Below are positions 48,930-60,264 of a stretch of DNA of 64,000 nt, in pieces. The position numbers were made by a program, and so were the translations under genes. The stretch comes from Camelus dromedarius (taxonomy: Eukaryota), in contig NC_087447.1 of assembly GCF_036321535.1 (NCBI RefSeq), forward strand, positions 34,598,001 through 34,662,000, given 5' to 3'. Numbering within the stretch: the first letter of the stretch is position 1; each line of letters opens with the position of its first letter. The notes beneath the pieces were generated by a model. The model saw only the letters and a list, made by a program, of their open reading frames with translations, searched no databases and was not told the DNA's origin.

Positions 48930-49025
48930 AGTGTAATCTATAAAAATATTGAACCACTATGTTGTAAACCTGAAACCCATATAACATTTATTGTAAATCA
49001 GCTACACATCAACTTAAAAAAAAAG
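48930..49025 (+). mobile_element. Short cetartiodactyl-type L1 3' end
   Basis: attgaaccactatgttgtaaacctgaaac...ttgtaaatcagctacacatcaacttaaaaaaaaa. Confidence 0.8.
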
Positions 49026-49132
49026 AAATAGCAGGCAATCATTACAACCCATTTAGAACCACTAGAGTTTATTGCTCAAGATAAGGGTAGGAGTTGGGTC
49101 TACAGAGGGGGGCAGGCTGAGGTCATGGTTAG

Positions 49133-49230
49133 AGGGTGGTCAACTCAGCCCAGTTGGTCCTGACTTTTCCCTTTTAGCGCTGAAAGTCCCACATCCCAGG
49201 AATTCCAAAGCCATGCACTTGGTCACCGTA
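49133..49230 (+). mobile_element. hAT-Blackjack MITE (MER81-like)
   Basis: Terminal inverted repeats agggtggtcaac ... ttggtcaccgta with internal ttttagcgctgaaagtcccacatcccaggaa. Confidence 0.8.
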
Positions 49231-51329
49231 GTCAAGGAACTCTTTGTTGAGCTAAGGAGCTTGGACATTTTGCAAAGCTGACGAGGACTCTATGGAGGAT
49301 GATCAGCATGTAAGTGACATAATTGGATCTGTATCTATAATTTGTTCAGAAAACCCACTCCAACCACTTCTAACATCTGGTCAGTGCATGAATCCTCCTC
49401 CACAAGCATCTCCATGGCACATCAGCCATTCATAATGCTCAGAGTACACTGACCACCAGGGCTTTGCCATGAAATTGAAGGCTCTTCCACTTCCTATTGG
49501 CCCATGGTCACAGAGGAGGTCATAGCGGATCCCGGGAGACAGGAGCTCCTTCCTGCTACTCCCACACACTTCACGGTAACCTACTCAAAAGCACTTCACT
49601 TCCTGAGCGGCCCGTTAGATCCCAGAATATGGTAATTCCAGAGATAGTTCAAGCATGCCATGATTTTCCCAGACCAGGACAATTTCTTGCTAGTGCTGTC
49701 CCAGACTTTCAGAGCCACAGGGATGATATATCTAAATGCGAGGGAACAGCAGTAGCCTAAGGAAATCCAATATGGAGAGAATCCCTCTGTAACAAGCTTG
49801 ACGAGTATCAACATTGCTGTGTTACGTTCAAATCTCATTAAGGCCGACTAGGTGGTTGGCAGAGCGGAGAGAAGAGGTACTCTATTATTTATTAGTTTTG
49901 TTTGTTTGCATAAAAAAATTGCACTAACATGGTTAATTGCAAGTAATACGACATGCAGGGGGTGAGAAGGATGAGACAAAAGGGATGTCTTGTGGAAGAG
50001 CCTGGAAAGTAAAAACCATTATGGCAGTATTTATCCCATCTGCAACTATACATAGTACAAGATATTAATTACATAACTTTATTTTATATATATATATATC
50101 TGTAATTATAGGCACTATAGCTATCCAAGATATTAAATCTGTTTTTCAAAATGGTCTGTTGGTGATGTAGAAGAGCTTGTTAAATTCTTGGTGCTGGTGG
50201 AAGTAGGAAGTACTTCCTGGGAAAGCACCTTGGGCAGGTGGGTGGAGAGCCGCCGTGACCGGGTTCTGCATGCAGACAGCAAAGCAGTAGGAAGGAGGGT
50301 GTGGGGGTCTCGGAGGAGTACCAAGCAAAGCAGGCAGTCTGAAGTGAGACAGGGAAAAAAACCCTCTGCTAAGCACACGGGGGAGTCAGCTCCCAAGATA
50401 CACGGTGGGATGCTGGGGATAGAGGAGTCAGGGCAATGGAGGTGGCCACACCCAGCAGGTGTCGGGGGCCTAAGATGGTCACCACCCTCTCTTGTCCTCC
50501 ATCTCTGCCCTTTCCTCTACAGCAGCCAATTGGGAGTCTGCTTCAGAACCTCACAGGGAAGCAAAGACAGGATGGATATTTTCTAGTGAATTAGTGTGAA
50601 GTATGGGCATGAATTTCTTCCAACTGTTACCTGGAGTTTTCCCTGCCGCTGTCATGGCTTCATTGCATCCCACCCCCCTCTTCCTCCCAGGTAACAAGCT
50701 TGTTGCTCTCATTCTATAAACAGGTCTCTTTCTGACCCCCATGGCTCCTCCATCCAGTCATAGGACTTGAGTGTCTTTTCTCCCTGCTCCTGCTCCACCT
50801 AGCAGGTCTGACCGTGAACCAGACGGGAAGTTCCTGGACCTTCTTATCAAGAGTTACATAGGTCTCTCAAGCAGACCTCGCTTGCCCACCAGGAGTCCTC
50901 CAGACAGCCCTGACCCTTCCTCCTTCCAGACTCAGCTGGGGCAGCAGCATCTCCAGAAAACATCTCTACCCCTGACACCTGCAACACACTGAGGAAAGGA
51001 TTCAGGAAAAGCTGAGAAATTTGCCTGAGATCACACAGCAAACAAGGGCTGAAGCCAGGGCTGGAACTCAGGCTCCAAGGGCCTCCACAGACACATGTGC
51101 CTGGCACTGAGCCTCGGGTTGGGGAAGCAGAAAAATACAACAGCCCTGCCCTCAAGGAGTTCAGAGGCTGGTCAGGACACTGGTGCTCAGAAGGCAAGAA
51201 CCCCCTCAGCAGCATGTGGGACGTGTGTGTTGAGCCTCCCTTCTTTCAGAGCAGAAAACCTGTCCTGGGCTGGACACCTGGAGGCTTTGGCAGAGACGAA
51301 TCCAGCCTTTACAAAAGGGAGCATCTCCT

Positions 51330-51625
51330 CCGTGAGTGACTCCCGCGCCCCACCCTCACCCAGCTCTCCATCTGCCATTTCCAAAGCCAATCGGAGAGAG
51401 AGGGTTTTATCATGACCAGCCCTATCATAGCAAATAGCGAGGCGGTGCTCTTAATTAAAGGTGCACGCTGATTCCGCGAGTGGCATCTATCAGCGATTCA
51501 GTGTGTGCACGCGGCGCCACCACACTGCGCCTGCCAGGGAACTGATAAGGTGCCTCTCATGGGGTTTTGACAGGCAGCAGCACGGGAGGATGCGTCAGGG
51601 CCCCTACCGAGCCAGAGGCACGTTG
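51330..51625. promoter_or_regulatory. Candidate enhancer (CpG-rich, GATA/homeobox motif cluster)
   Basis: About 18 CpGs in about 295 bp; four WGATAR sites (51407, 51422, 51487, 51543), TTAATTAA at 51451, CCAAT at 51387; no repeat signature. Function is inferred. Confidence 0.45.
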
Positions 51626-52359
51626 CCAAGGAATAAACTCAGGGGGGAGAAACAAAGAGACAGAAACAATATCCCAAAGCGATGATGATCAGACATGAAA
51701 ATGAAGCAGGCACCCCCACAAAAGTCTGGCCTCCATTTTCAGATGGCCTGAAAGAGTCCCTTACCACTTGGAAGTTGAAAGATAAATGACCCTTGCAGAA
51801 GGGCCAGGGCTGTGACAGCCCACGCAGAGGGGGAGAAACGTGTTTGCCAAACGCATCACTTCACTGCACATGGAGCCTGTCTCATGCACATGCTCTACGA
51901 AACCCTTTTTCACTCTCCTGGGAGATGAGCTGTTTGTTCAGGGCCCAGACAGCTCTGCCTTGTCAAATGCTGTCTCCTCTGATCTCCCACCTGCCTCCGC
52001 CAAGCCTCACTGTCTTAATGTATTCAAAAGGCTGTTACTCAAATGAACCTTCAAGTACTTCGTATCACTCCTCTCCTTAAGCTGCTACACCCTGACTCCC
52101 GTCTCCTTTAATGTACACCAGTGAAAATGTCTCTTCTGTTTCCTTAAAGGACTGAAATGAAATTGAAATCCTGAGAGTCTTGGGGGAATGGCAGAACTGT
52201 TGTCCTGGGAAGCAGGAGACCTGGCTGGTCCTTCCCCTTAAGTCTTTGTCTCCCAGGGCCTTGAGAGTATTGTCTGTACAATGGGCATGAAAACACTTTA
52301 TTTGGAATACCCAAGTCATTTTTGGAAGACCTATGATCAAATCAAGTCCGCAATCCTCC

Positions 52360-52670
52360 ACCATTATTTGACATATATATCATGCCTGGCACAGTGCTAT
52401 GTTCTGGGAACGTGGAGATAAAAGGTCACAGTCCCTCCCTCAAGGAATGCATGGCCAGTGGAATCAGACATGCAAACTTCCAGAGCCAAGGAGTAGGACA
52501 GATAGAGCCCAGGGCTCTGTGGTTGCTGAAAAGGGCCCCTACATCTGCCTGGGAACAGGAAGAACAGACAAGAGAGGAGTTAGAGGTTAACAGACGGACA
52601 AGATGGGCAAAGGCTTTCCAGGCAGAAGGCAGAGCTAGTGCAAAGGCACATGGCTATGAGGGGCATGGGA
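52360..52670 (-). mobile_element. L2 3' fragment
   Basis: atgcctggcacagtgctatgttctggga...agtccctccctcaagga...ttccaggcagaaggcagagctagtgcaaaggcac. Confidence 0.8.
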
Positions 52671-53054
52671 AACACCCTTCCAAGCTCCCTGACAACAATC
52701 CTATATGCCCTGTTCTTGGGATAGCTTGCTTGGAACAGTGCAATCAGCACTTTTAAGCTTTCAACCCCTTTGTATCACTGATGAGAAAGCAAGGCCTAGG
52801 AAAAAAAAAAGTTTGCCCAGGGCCAGAACCAAGACTTCTGATTCTTGCCTAGGGCACTGTCCCCATCCCAGGTGTTCACAGCCTTCTCTGGGCCACCTTA
52901 TCACTCCGAGTCCCCTCACTGGGAATGTTCTTCCTTCTTGAACTAGACTCACCCCACTACTTTCTTGATAACTGTGCCCAGCTAAGAGTGATATAAGGGG
53001 TGAGCAGAATAGTGGTGCATCAGAAGCTGATACCACCCATAGAAATTACTGCTT

Positions 53055-53262
53055 GTTAATCCACATCACTTCCTCCAGGAAGCTCTCCCTGACCACTGCC
53101 CCAGACCAGGCAGTCTTCCTTTGTTTTTCCAGAGCCTCAGTGTTAATGCCCAAGCACTTGTCACACTTGACTATAATTATACATTTACATACTGTCTTCC
53201 CTACCAAACTGGGAGTTCCAGACAGTATCTGGTATATAACAGGTTCTCAATGAGTAGTTTTG
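53055..53262 (+). mobile_element. L2 3' end
   Basis: catcacttcctccaggaagctctccctgacc...gcacttgtcacac...ctgtcttccctaccaaactgggagttcc...acagtatctggtatataacaggttctcaatga. Confidence 0.8.
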
Positions 53263-53340
53263 GATGGATAGACAGATAGATGAATGGATGGGTGGATGGG
53301 TGGGTGGGTGGACGGATGGGTGGATGGATGGGTAGGTAGG

Positions 53341-53376
<36 letters not shown>

Positions 53377-53420
53377 TTGATTGACTGACTGATTGATTGA
53401 TAGATAATTGACTAAATGAA
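53261..53420. repeat. Compound tetranucleotide microsatellite (TGGA/TGGG/TAGG/TAGA/CAGA/TTGA/CTGA)
   Basis: Read directly; it occupies the position of the L2 (TGAA)n tail. Confidence 0.95.
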
Positions 53421-53449
53421 CAAATCTATTTCTTTGAAGGACAGTGTGA

Positions 53450-53660
53450 GATTGTAGAAGGAACTTGAAACAGAAATGGAAAGACTTGGGTTCGAGTCCA
53501 GCTCCATCACTCATTAGTGATATGACATTGGGCAAGTCTCCCATTCACTTAGAGCCTCGGTTTTCCTCTCTGTAGTAACTACCTCAAGGGTGTCACGAGA
53601 TTTAAATGTGGCCATCGATGTGAAGGCGCTTTGTAAAGTACCAAGTGTTGTGTGCTTGCT
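53450..53660 (+). mobile_element. MIR
   Basis: aagacttgggttcgagtccagctcc...tatgacattgggcaagtc...gagcctcggttttcctctctgt...gcgctttgtaaagt. Confidence 0.85.
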
Positions 53661-53664
53661 ACTG

Positions 53665-53760
53665 CTACTTACAATCAGAATGCTTTGACAGCAAGTAAAA
53701 GAAAATCCATTTTAACTTAGCTTAAATAACAAGGGAATGCACTGGCCCACACAACCAGAA
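53665..53760 (-). mobile_element. MLT1-like LTR end fragment
   Basis: tcagaatgctttgacagcaagtaaaagaaaatcc...aacttagcttaaataacaagggaatgcactggcccacacaaccagaa is the reverse of an MLT1J/K/L 3' end. Confidence 0.7.
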
Positions 53761-53761
53761 A

Positions 53762-54596
53762 TGCACAAATAAGAAATTTTTAAACAGGAAATAACTACAG
53801 AAGTAGAGATCATGATTTTTCTAAACACAAGATTTTTCTTAAAACAATTTCCATCAACTTGCCTTTTCCCCTGTGACATGTCTTTAAACCAGCACGCTCT
53901 TAGCTGTCACATCCTATCTGAAGAAGAATTGATGTAGGCTACCTGTAAGAAAAAAGTCCACGCCATCTTGTCTCTCTTTTAAGCAACAGGTTAACCTATA
54001 GACTTTTGATCCTTTTGCCTCATTTCTCCTGAAATCCTCTTCAGCCTTCCTACCAAGATATTTATAGTGATATTTGTGTTTTTAATAAAAATGAATCTTG
54101 TGAGGAAAGGCTAATATAATGCTCATAAACACACACAGTCCCACCATCACCACCAGAAGATAAAACATAAAGAGCTGTGGGACTGCCAAGGGATGATGGC
54201 ATGGGATCCTTTTGTTGACACCTTCTGAGAGGGGGAGGTTAGTGTTTCATTAGGTAGAATAACAGGACCTGAGCACCCACACAAGTGAAAGCACAGGCTT
54301 GCGTGTAATTCCATAGATAAATACAGGTCCATATAAGCCACAATGTTCAGTAGTTCGGGCACAGGCTGCAAACTCTACCCCCAAACAGCACTGGCTGATG
54401 GATATGTCTAATATCTAATTTAATAGGAAAGAGAGGCTGGGAGAACAGTAAATTAAGACTGATGTAGAGTGAGAGCTGAGCTTGGCGAGGAGTGGGTAGA
54501 TAGTGAAATTCAAGCACCAGGAAACAAACAACCCCAGAAGAATTTTGCACAAATAAGAAATTTTTAAACAGGAAATAACTACAGAAGCAGAGATCA
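53762..54596. repeat. 51-bp direct repeat pair (53762-53812 and 54546-54596)
   Basis: tgcacaaataagaaatttttaaacaggaaataactacagaag[t/c]agagatca, 50/51 identical. Confidence 0.97.
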
Positions 54597-55784
54597 CAGG
54601 GAAGGGAGCACCCGTGCCTTGCCCTGCTTTCTCCACAAGCGGTCTCTCACTGCCTGGTCTGTGCCTGGCTGTCCCCTGGGATAGACTGAGCCGCATCTGA
54701 TTTCGAGTGACTACAGTAGGGACACCGTGCTCCTGCGGGGATGTCCTGCTATCACCTTACAGAAGAGCCTACCCGGATTGTGGAACCATGACTCCTCGAG
54801 TATGAGGGGACCATGGAGAGAACAACTGGCTGCCACAAACTGAGAAGCTGGACAAACAAGTCTTTACTGAGTGGCAATAGCGGCCAACGCTGGGCTAGAA
54901 TTTGGAAGGAACCTATAAGTATAAGTGTCACTGTCCAGAAGGAGATTTCAACCTGGTTAGAAAGGAGGACATCAGGGTCCAAGTTCTGACCCAGAGGCTG
55001 GGCAAGCCAGGCAGCATCCAACCGGAAGGGACAGATACAGTCACAGTCCTGTCTTTGTGTGCCGGAGGGACCACCAATCAAGGGGGGCAGGGCCCGGTTC
55101 TGATGCAGAGACAAGGACAGGCATCCAATCCAAAGAGAAGAAAAAGCCTTGAAGGGAAATTGGATGATATGACAGGCCCCAAACTGCCAGGTGCACCAAA
55201 CAGGGGACAAGGTGGGGAACAGTTATGTACCCTGAACGTCCAGATTCTGAATTGTGCTGGATTCCTGACATTTCCAGAGTGAAGGAAATCAGAAGGACAA
55301 AGGATTTTTTTTTAAGGAGTTGATTCAGCTCAACATTTTACGAAAAAATCTCCTTGGACTCACCAGGTATTTTGATTCCCAGATAAACAGTCATCTGCTG
55401 GAACTGACAAAGAGTTATGGGTGCCAAATTACTGTACACATAATAAACAATAACATGTTTGAAGTCAGAAAAGCATGTGTTTGAGGGGAAAAAAGCAGCC
55501 AAGTCACACATGTGGTAAATTATGTTCATAATACATCATCGTAATTGTTGAGAAATGCACATATTGAATTTTGTTGTCTGGACATCTAAGAAAGCTTGAT
55601 CTCTGTTATAAGTTTCATAAATTGCTATCAAAATGAATGTATTATTTTCATGTAAGTGATCTTGATTAAAACTAGGACACCTTTTCTGAGGGGGAAAAGG
55701 CCTGTGTTAGGGGCCTATGACATCTTTCAGCCTCCATTTCCTCACCTTTAAATTGGAGAAATGAGTCCTACCTCTCAAAGTATC

Positions 55785-56555
55785 CTTTCATTTAACATCT
55801 GTCAACCATTCGCTGGGCTCCGGCCACTGGCAGCCACGTTCTAGGTGCTGGTGCTGCAGCAGTGAGCAGCAGTGTCTGCCTTCGTGGATTTTACATCTCG
55901 GGGGAGGGGCAAACAAAAAACAAATACAAATAAGCATGTCATTTCAGGTAGGACAAGTACTATGACCAAAAGCAACAGGAAAAGGGCACAGAAAGTGGGA
56001 GGTGGGGGTCCTGTCGGAGAGGCGGGTTTAGATGACATGGTCAGAGGAGGTGCCCTATGTGAAGAGCGAGGTCGTCAAGTGAGTACTGGGGGAACCAATT
56101 TCCAGGCAGAAGGAACATGAGGTGCAAAGACTTTGAGTTGGGAATATGTTGACAGGTTCTGGGAATGACATGAAGGTCACTGAGGCTAAAAGGGAGATTG
56201 GAAGGAGGGGGTCAGAGAGGCAGGCAGAGGCCAGACTTCCTGGGGGACTCGGAAGCAGGATGTATGAGTCTGCAACCCAGGTGCACAGCTGGGTCTGGAG
56301 CCGTGAACATGGTGGGTATTGGCACACAGAGGGAAGGTAAACCAAAGGGCTGGGCAAGACCAACTCCAAAGTCCTAGAGGAGGAAAGAAGGATGAAGGAC
56401 TGAGCCCAGGGCACTCGACATTCAGAGGAAGAGCCAGCAAAGAAGATTAAAAAGGCAAAACCATTCGCATGGGAGAAAAAGCGAGAGCGTGCGAGCCCCC
56501 AAGGAGAGAATGATCTGTTTCTGTGGGAATGATATGGGGTCATTTGTGTCAAAGT
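55785..56555 (-). mobile_element. L2a fragment
   Basis: ttctaggtgctggtgctgcagcagtgag...tttccaggcagaaggaacatgaggtgcaaagactttgagttgggaat...ggactgagcccagggcactcgacattcagagg...gagccagcaaagaaga...tgtgtcaaa. Confidence 0.88.
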
Positions 56556-57279
56556 CTTAGCATACAGTCCATCGATGAGTTGGCTCTCAAAAATCTTATC
56601 TGCCCCCTCTTGCTTTCAGAGAGAATTAAGTACTGCAGAGTTTAAAATGAGGAAATCAGGGTAGACTGGTGAGAAAAACGAAATTCCCCATTCCAATAAA
56701 AAAAACACACACACACACAAGACTGGCTAAGGTTTCCTAGAAACCCCAACAGCCCAAATGGCCAAACGCTGTGAAATGATTAGAATGCACAGCTGATGGG
56801 GCCAGGAGGTCCTGAAATCTGGTTTCTCCACCATTTCTCAGCATTACTTATAACCAAAACCTCTCATGCTGATCTTCTCCACCATCTCATGGACGTGGGG
56901 CTGGATTTTGAAACAGGGTTCAGCCTGCTCCTGTTTGGAACTGATATTTTCTATATGCTTCAAGCACAATGTAATGAGGACTCAGTGTTGGAGGCCCCAC
57001 CACCCGCTCCCCTCTGCAGGCATCCTCACACATCTGGATGGAGCCCTTGGGAGCTCTGTTGTCCCCCCGAGCCAGCTAGAAAAGAGGCCTTGCTGACAGC
57101 CATTTAATACCCAGGCCACGCTCCATCCGAATCAAATATAAACCCAGCTGTCATCTAACTCACCACAAATGTGGACCCTCCAGTGGCGATCTGAAGGGAG
57201 GAAGCAACAGAGAAAGCTTCCAGACCTCAAAGGATAAAGGGACTCAATGGCAAGAACCAACAATCCCCAGGTTAGCACC

Positions 57280-58270
57280 TTTCAGCTGGTGAAGTACATG
57301 CACGTTTACTTTCTCACAAGATCCTGTGGCATAAACGAGGATGCTACCCCCCCCTTTACCAATAAGGAAACTGAGGCAGGCACAGGGAGAAGCGACTTGC
57401 CAGAGAGCACACGATGCATTTAGCAGCAGAGCATTATCTCTGGTTTCTCAAGTCTTGCCTACAGGGTTACTATGGGGATTTAATGAGATATGGAAATGGA
57501 TGTGTATAGGATTCTGAGATGCCAGGCCTTCTTCACAAAGTAGAATTAGGACACTTGACTTTTGGAGCTTCTGCTTAAATCCTATTAATCCCTGGATAAG
57601 TTACTCTTACCCTCCCCTGCCCCCCAGGTGGTAACTCACCTAATGGTACCAAACTTCTTCTTGGATTGTGTTTAAAAATTAAATAAGAGGAGTAAAGCTT
57701 CCAGTACAACCTCTGGTACACAGCAAGTGCTCAATAAATATTAGCTACTTTTAGTAGCAATAACAATATTTTCCACTAACTCTTTGGGTAGCCTTGGGCA
57801 AGTTGCTTCCCTTTTGAGTTGTGGGTGTCATCCCTGTAAAATGAGGGGAAGTTAAACTGGGCTCAGTCGGAAGGTGGAAGAATACAGTGATTCATAAGGC
57901 AAACTGGCAACAGAAGATGAGGATTTGAGTGCTGGCTTCTCCAAAAGTTACTTTTCCTCTCAAAACTACACTGCCCTCCTCAGTAAAATAGAGATAATGA
58001 ACGAGACCTGCCTGCCAGAATTTTTCTGAGGAGTAAATGAAATGCATGTAGAGATTTTAGTATGGAATAACACAGAATAGCACATAATAAATGCTCAATA
58101 AAACTTAGTCAACACAGTGGCTTCCATTTTTCTGCAGTTCTTTTCCAAAGATGGTAAGGATTACAGAGGAAATTTTCCTGTGACCTCAGTTTTCCCATAT
58201 GTAAAATGGGGGCTTGGAATAGATGATCTTAAGGAACCTCCACCTCTGATGTTCTGTGAGGCTACAGGCG
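57280..58270. mobile_element. Cluster of MIR fragments, both strands
   Basis: ataaggaaactgaggca (-); tggtacacagcaagtgctcaataaatattagc, gccttgggcaagttgcttc...ctgtaaaatgaggg, gcacataataaatgctcaataaa and cctcagttttcccatatgtaaaatgggg (+). Confidence 0.8.
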
Positions 58271-60264
58271 TCTCAATGAAATGCCTCTTCCCAGAGAGTC
58301 ATGGGATCCTCCAAACTCAGAGTTGAGAGCCCAGTTACCTGCTGTTACACAGCATGGAAGCCACATCTCCCAGCACATGGCCTCTTAACATCAACTGTCA
58401 GTAAACCTGGCCTTTAATTAAAGCAGCTGCAAACGATGTATCTCTGCACAGGGGGCGGGGTGCCATGTCTTCCTCAGTGGTTGCCCAGCTCCATCCTCTG
58501 ACTGAGCACACTCCACACTCCCAGGCTATTTCAGGACACAAAGAAAGCTGCAGAAAGAGAGGACGGGTCTCCTCCCTCCCTCACTCCTAAATAAATATGC
58601 TACTCCATGTTGTAATAACTCTCCTCTCAATCCCAAATATTGAGCAGAAACATTTGAGGAGTGGGCAAACACCTGCCACAAAGCTGTGTCATCTGAAGCC
58701 TTTGACTGCTCAGAGTCCCCTGATATCAGATGACACACTCTCTCCTGCACAAGAGCTGCATCTGGGTAATTAGAATCAGACTCTGGTACAGAGTTGGAGA
58801 AAAACTTGCTGAGCAAAATGTTACAATGCAGTTTCTTCTCCCCCTCCTCCAACCCCCATCTCTGAACACCAGCTCAAGGAGCAGGCTTATCCAATAAGAA
58901 GGTTTAACCATCTCCTCATTAGCCATTCTTCCACCCATTCAGGCCAAATTGGTATTTGATGCAACAGGGAAATGTGTCGAGTACATTATTAATCAGGCTC
59001 AGCAAAAGAAAGGTCACGGGGGTGACTGGCACAATTACGGGATGTGGGCAACAAGCCAATGAGAGAGCATGCCGGGGAGGAGAGGAAATCGATGGCTATG
59101 AAATTATGGAGGCTTATGAATAGTTGGAGGCAAGTGAAAGGCTGACATTCTGCCCACACCAGACACGTGCAAGGCTTCCATCTTCAGCTGTCTTCAACTG
59201 TTCATTATTAGCAGGAAAATGTCTTGGTCCCGAGGCAGCCACAACAGAGAAGTGAACCCTGCAACCAGGACTTAGTAAAAAGAGTCACTCAATGCAGAAG
59301 ATTCGATTGGAAATTTATCAAATGAGTTAGAGCTCCAGCCCAGAAAAGAGATGTCAAGGTGCCCGCCAAAGGAAACCAGGCTTGTTATCTTTCGATTTCC
59401 TGATGCAGCTGCTCAATATTCTCCACAGCCTCAGAAGGATGTGGGTTTCCAAGAGACTTTTCCAGATAAAGTGTGCTGGGGTACAGAAGTGGCCCCCAAA
59501 CTGCCTTAACTGGGCATTGATTCTTTAGAATCAATGTGCATTTAATTCTAAAATAAAATGGTAGTAAACCATTCAGAAGGTCTCCCTAGGGCACACAGCT
59601 CAAAGAAAAATCTCTAAGGAAGTTGCAAAAGTTTGCAAAGGTTGACACACCAGAAATAAAGCACACAGCATTAAAACCCTCAATCCCTGTAAACAGGCGT
59701 GGCTAAGGATTTCTTTTTGAAGGAATTCCATTAAGCTGTAACTACAGAGAGGACTATCTATCTAGTTTATCAAACACAGAGTAGACCAGGCAGAAAAGTT
59801 GTGGTCATTTTAGGAAGGTTTTTAGATTATTAATCTGAATCACCATTGAAACCTTTCATTAAATTGCACCCTAGGAATTGATTTGCAATGGGTCGTTCCA
59901 ATGAGCTACGAAAACTTGCTGTAGAAAATCAGTCATCCTAGACTCCCTAAAGAGTACAGACATGACATCCGGGCATCTGTTAAGTTTGCTCAAAAACATA
60001 TGCGAGCCTTTTTTTAAAGAACCATAATTACATCCTGCTGAAACCTCCAAGGACCCTGCTAACTGCCTTTGTATTACAACATCCATTTCCCACTTAGGCA
60101 GGCTGGGCTCTGCTATTGAGATGTGCGTTGCAAGCTGTTTGCTCCTCCGGCACACTCTCAGCTAGAGTCTGCGCATGGTCAAGTCCTTCCATGTTCAAAG
60201 AAGCCAGACTTGGAGGAAGTAAGTGTTGTTGGGTGCTGTGTGCATGCGTCCCTATTTAAAGCAT

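Larger units (their letters stand above)
48525..49335 (-). mobile_element. L2 fragment interrupted by an L1 3' end and MER81
   Basis: ctaggtgctggaaatataca...cctgccttcacaaatctc...aaaggcttcccagatgaggtgatgcc...; resumes after MER81 with gctaaggagcttggacattt...agtgacataattggatctgtat. Confidence 0.8.

Noticed and set aside
56055..56552. Longest ORF (165 aa)
   Set aside because: It lies wholly inside an L2 remnant and has low-complexity Ser/Leu/Pro composition.
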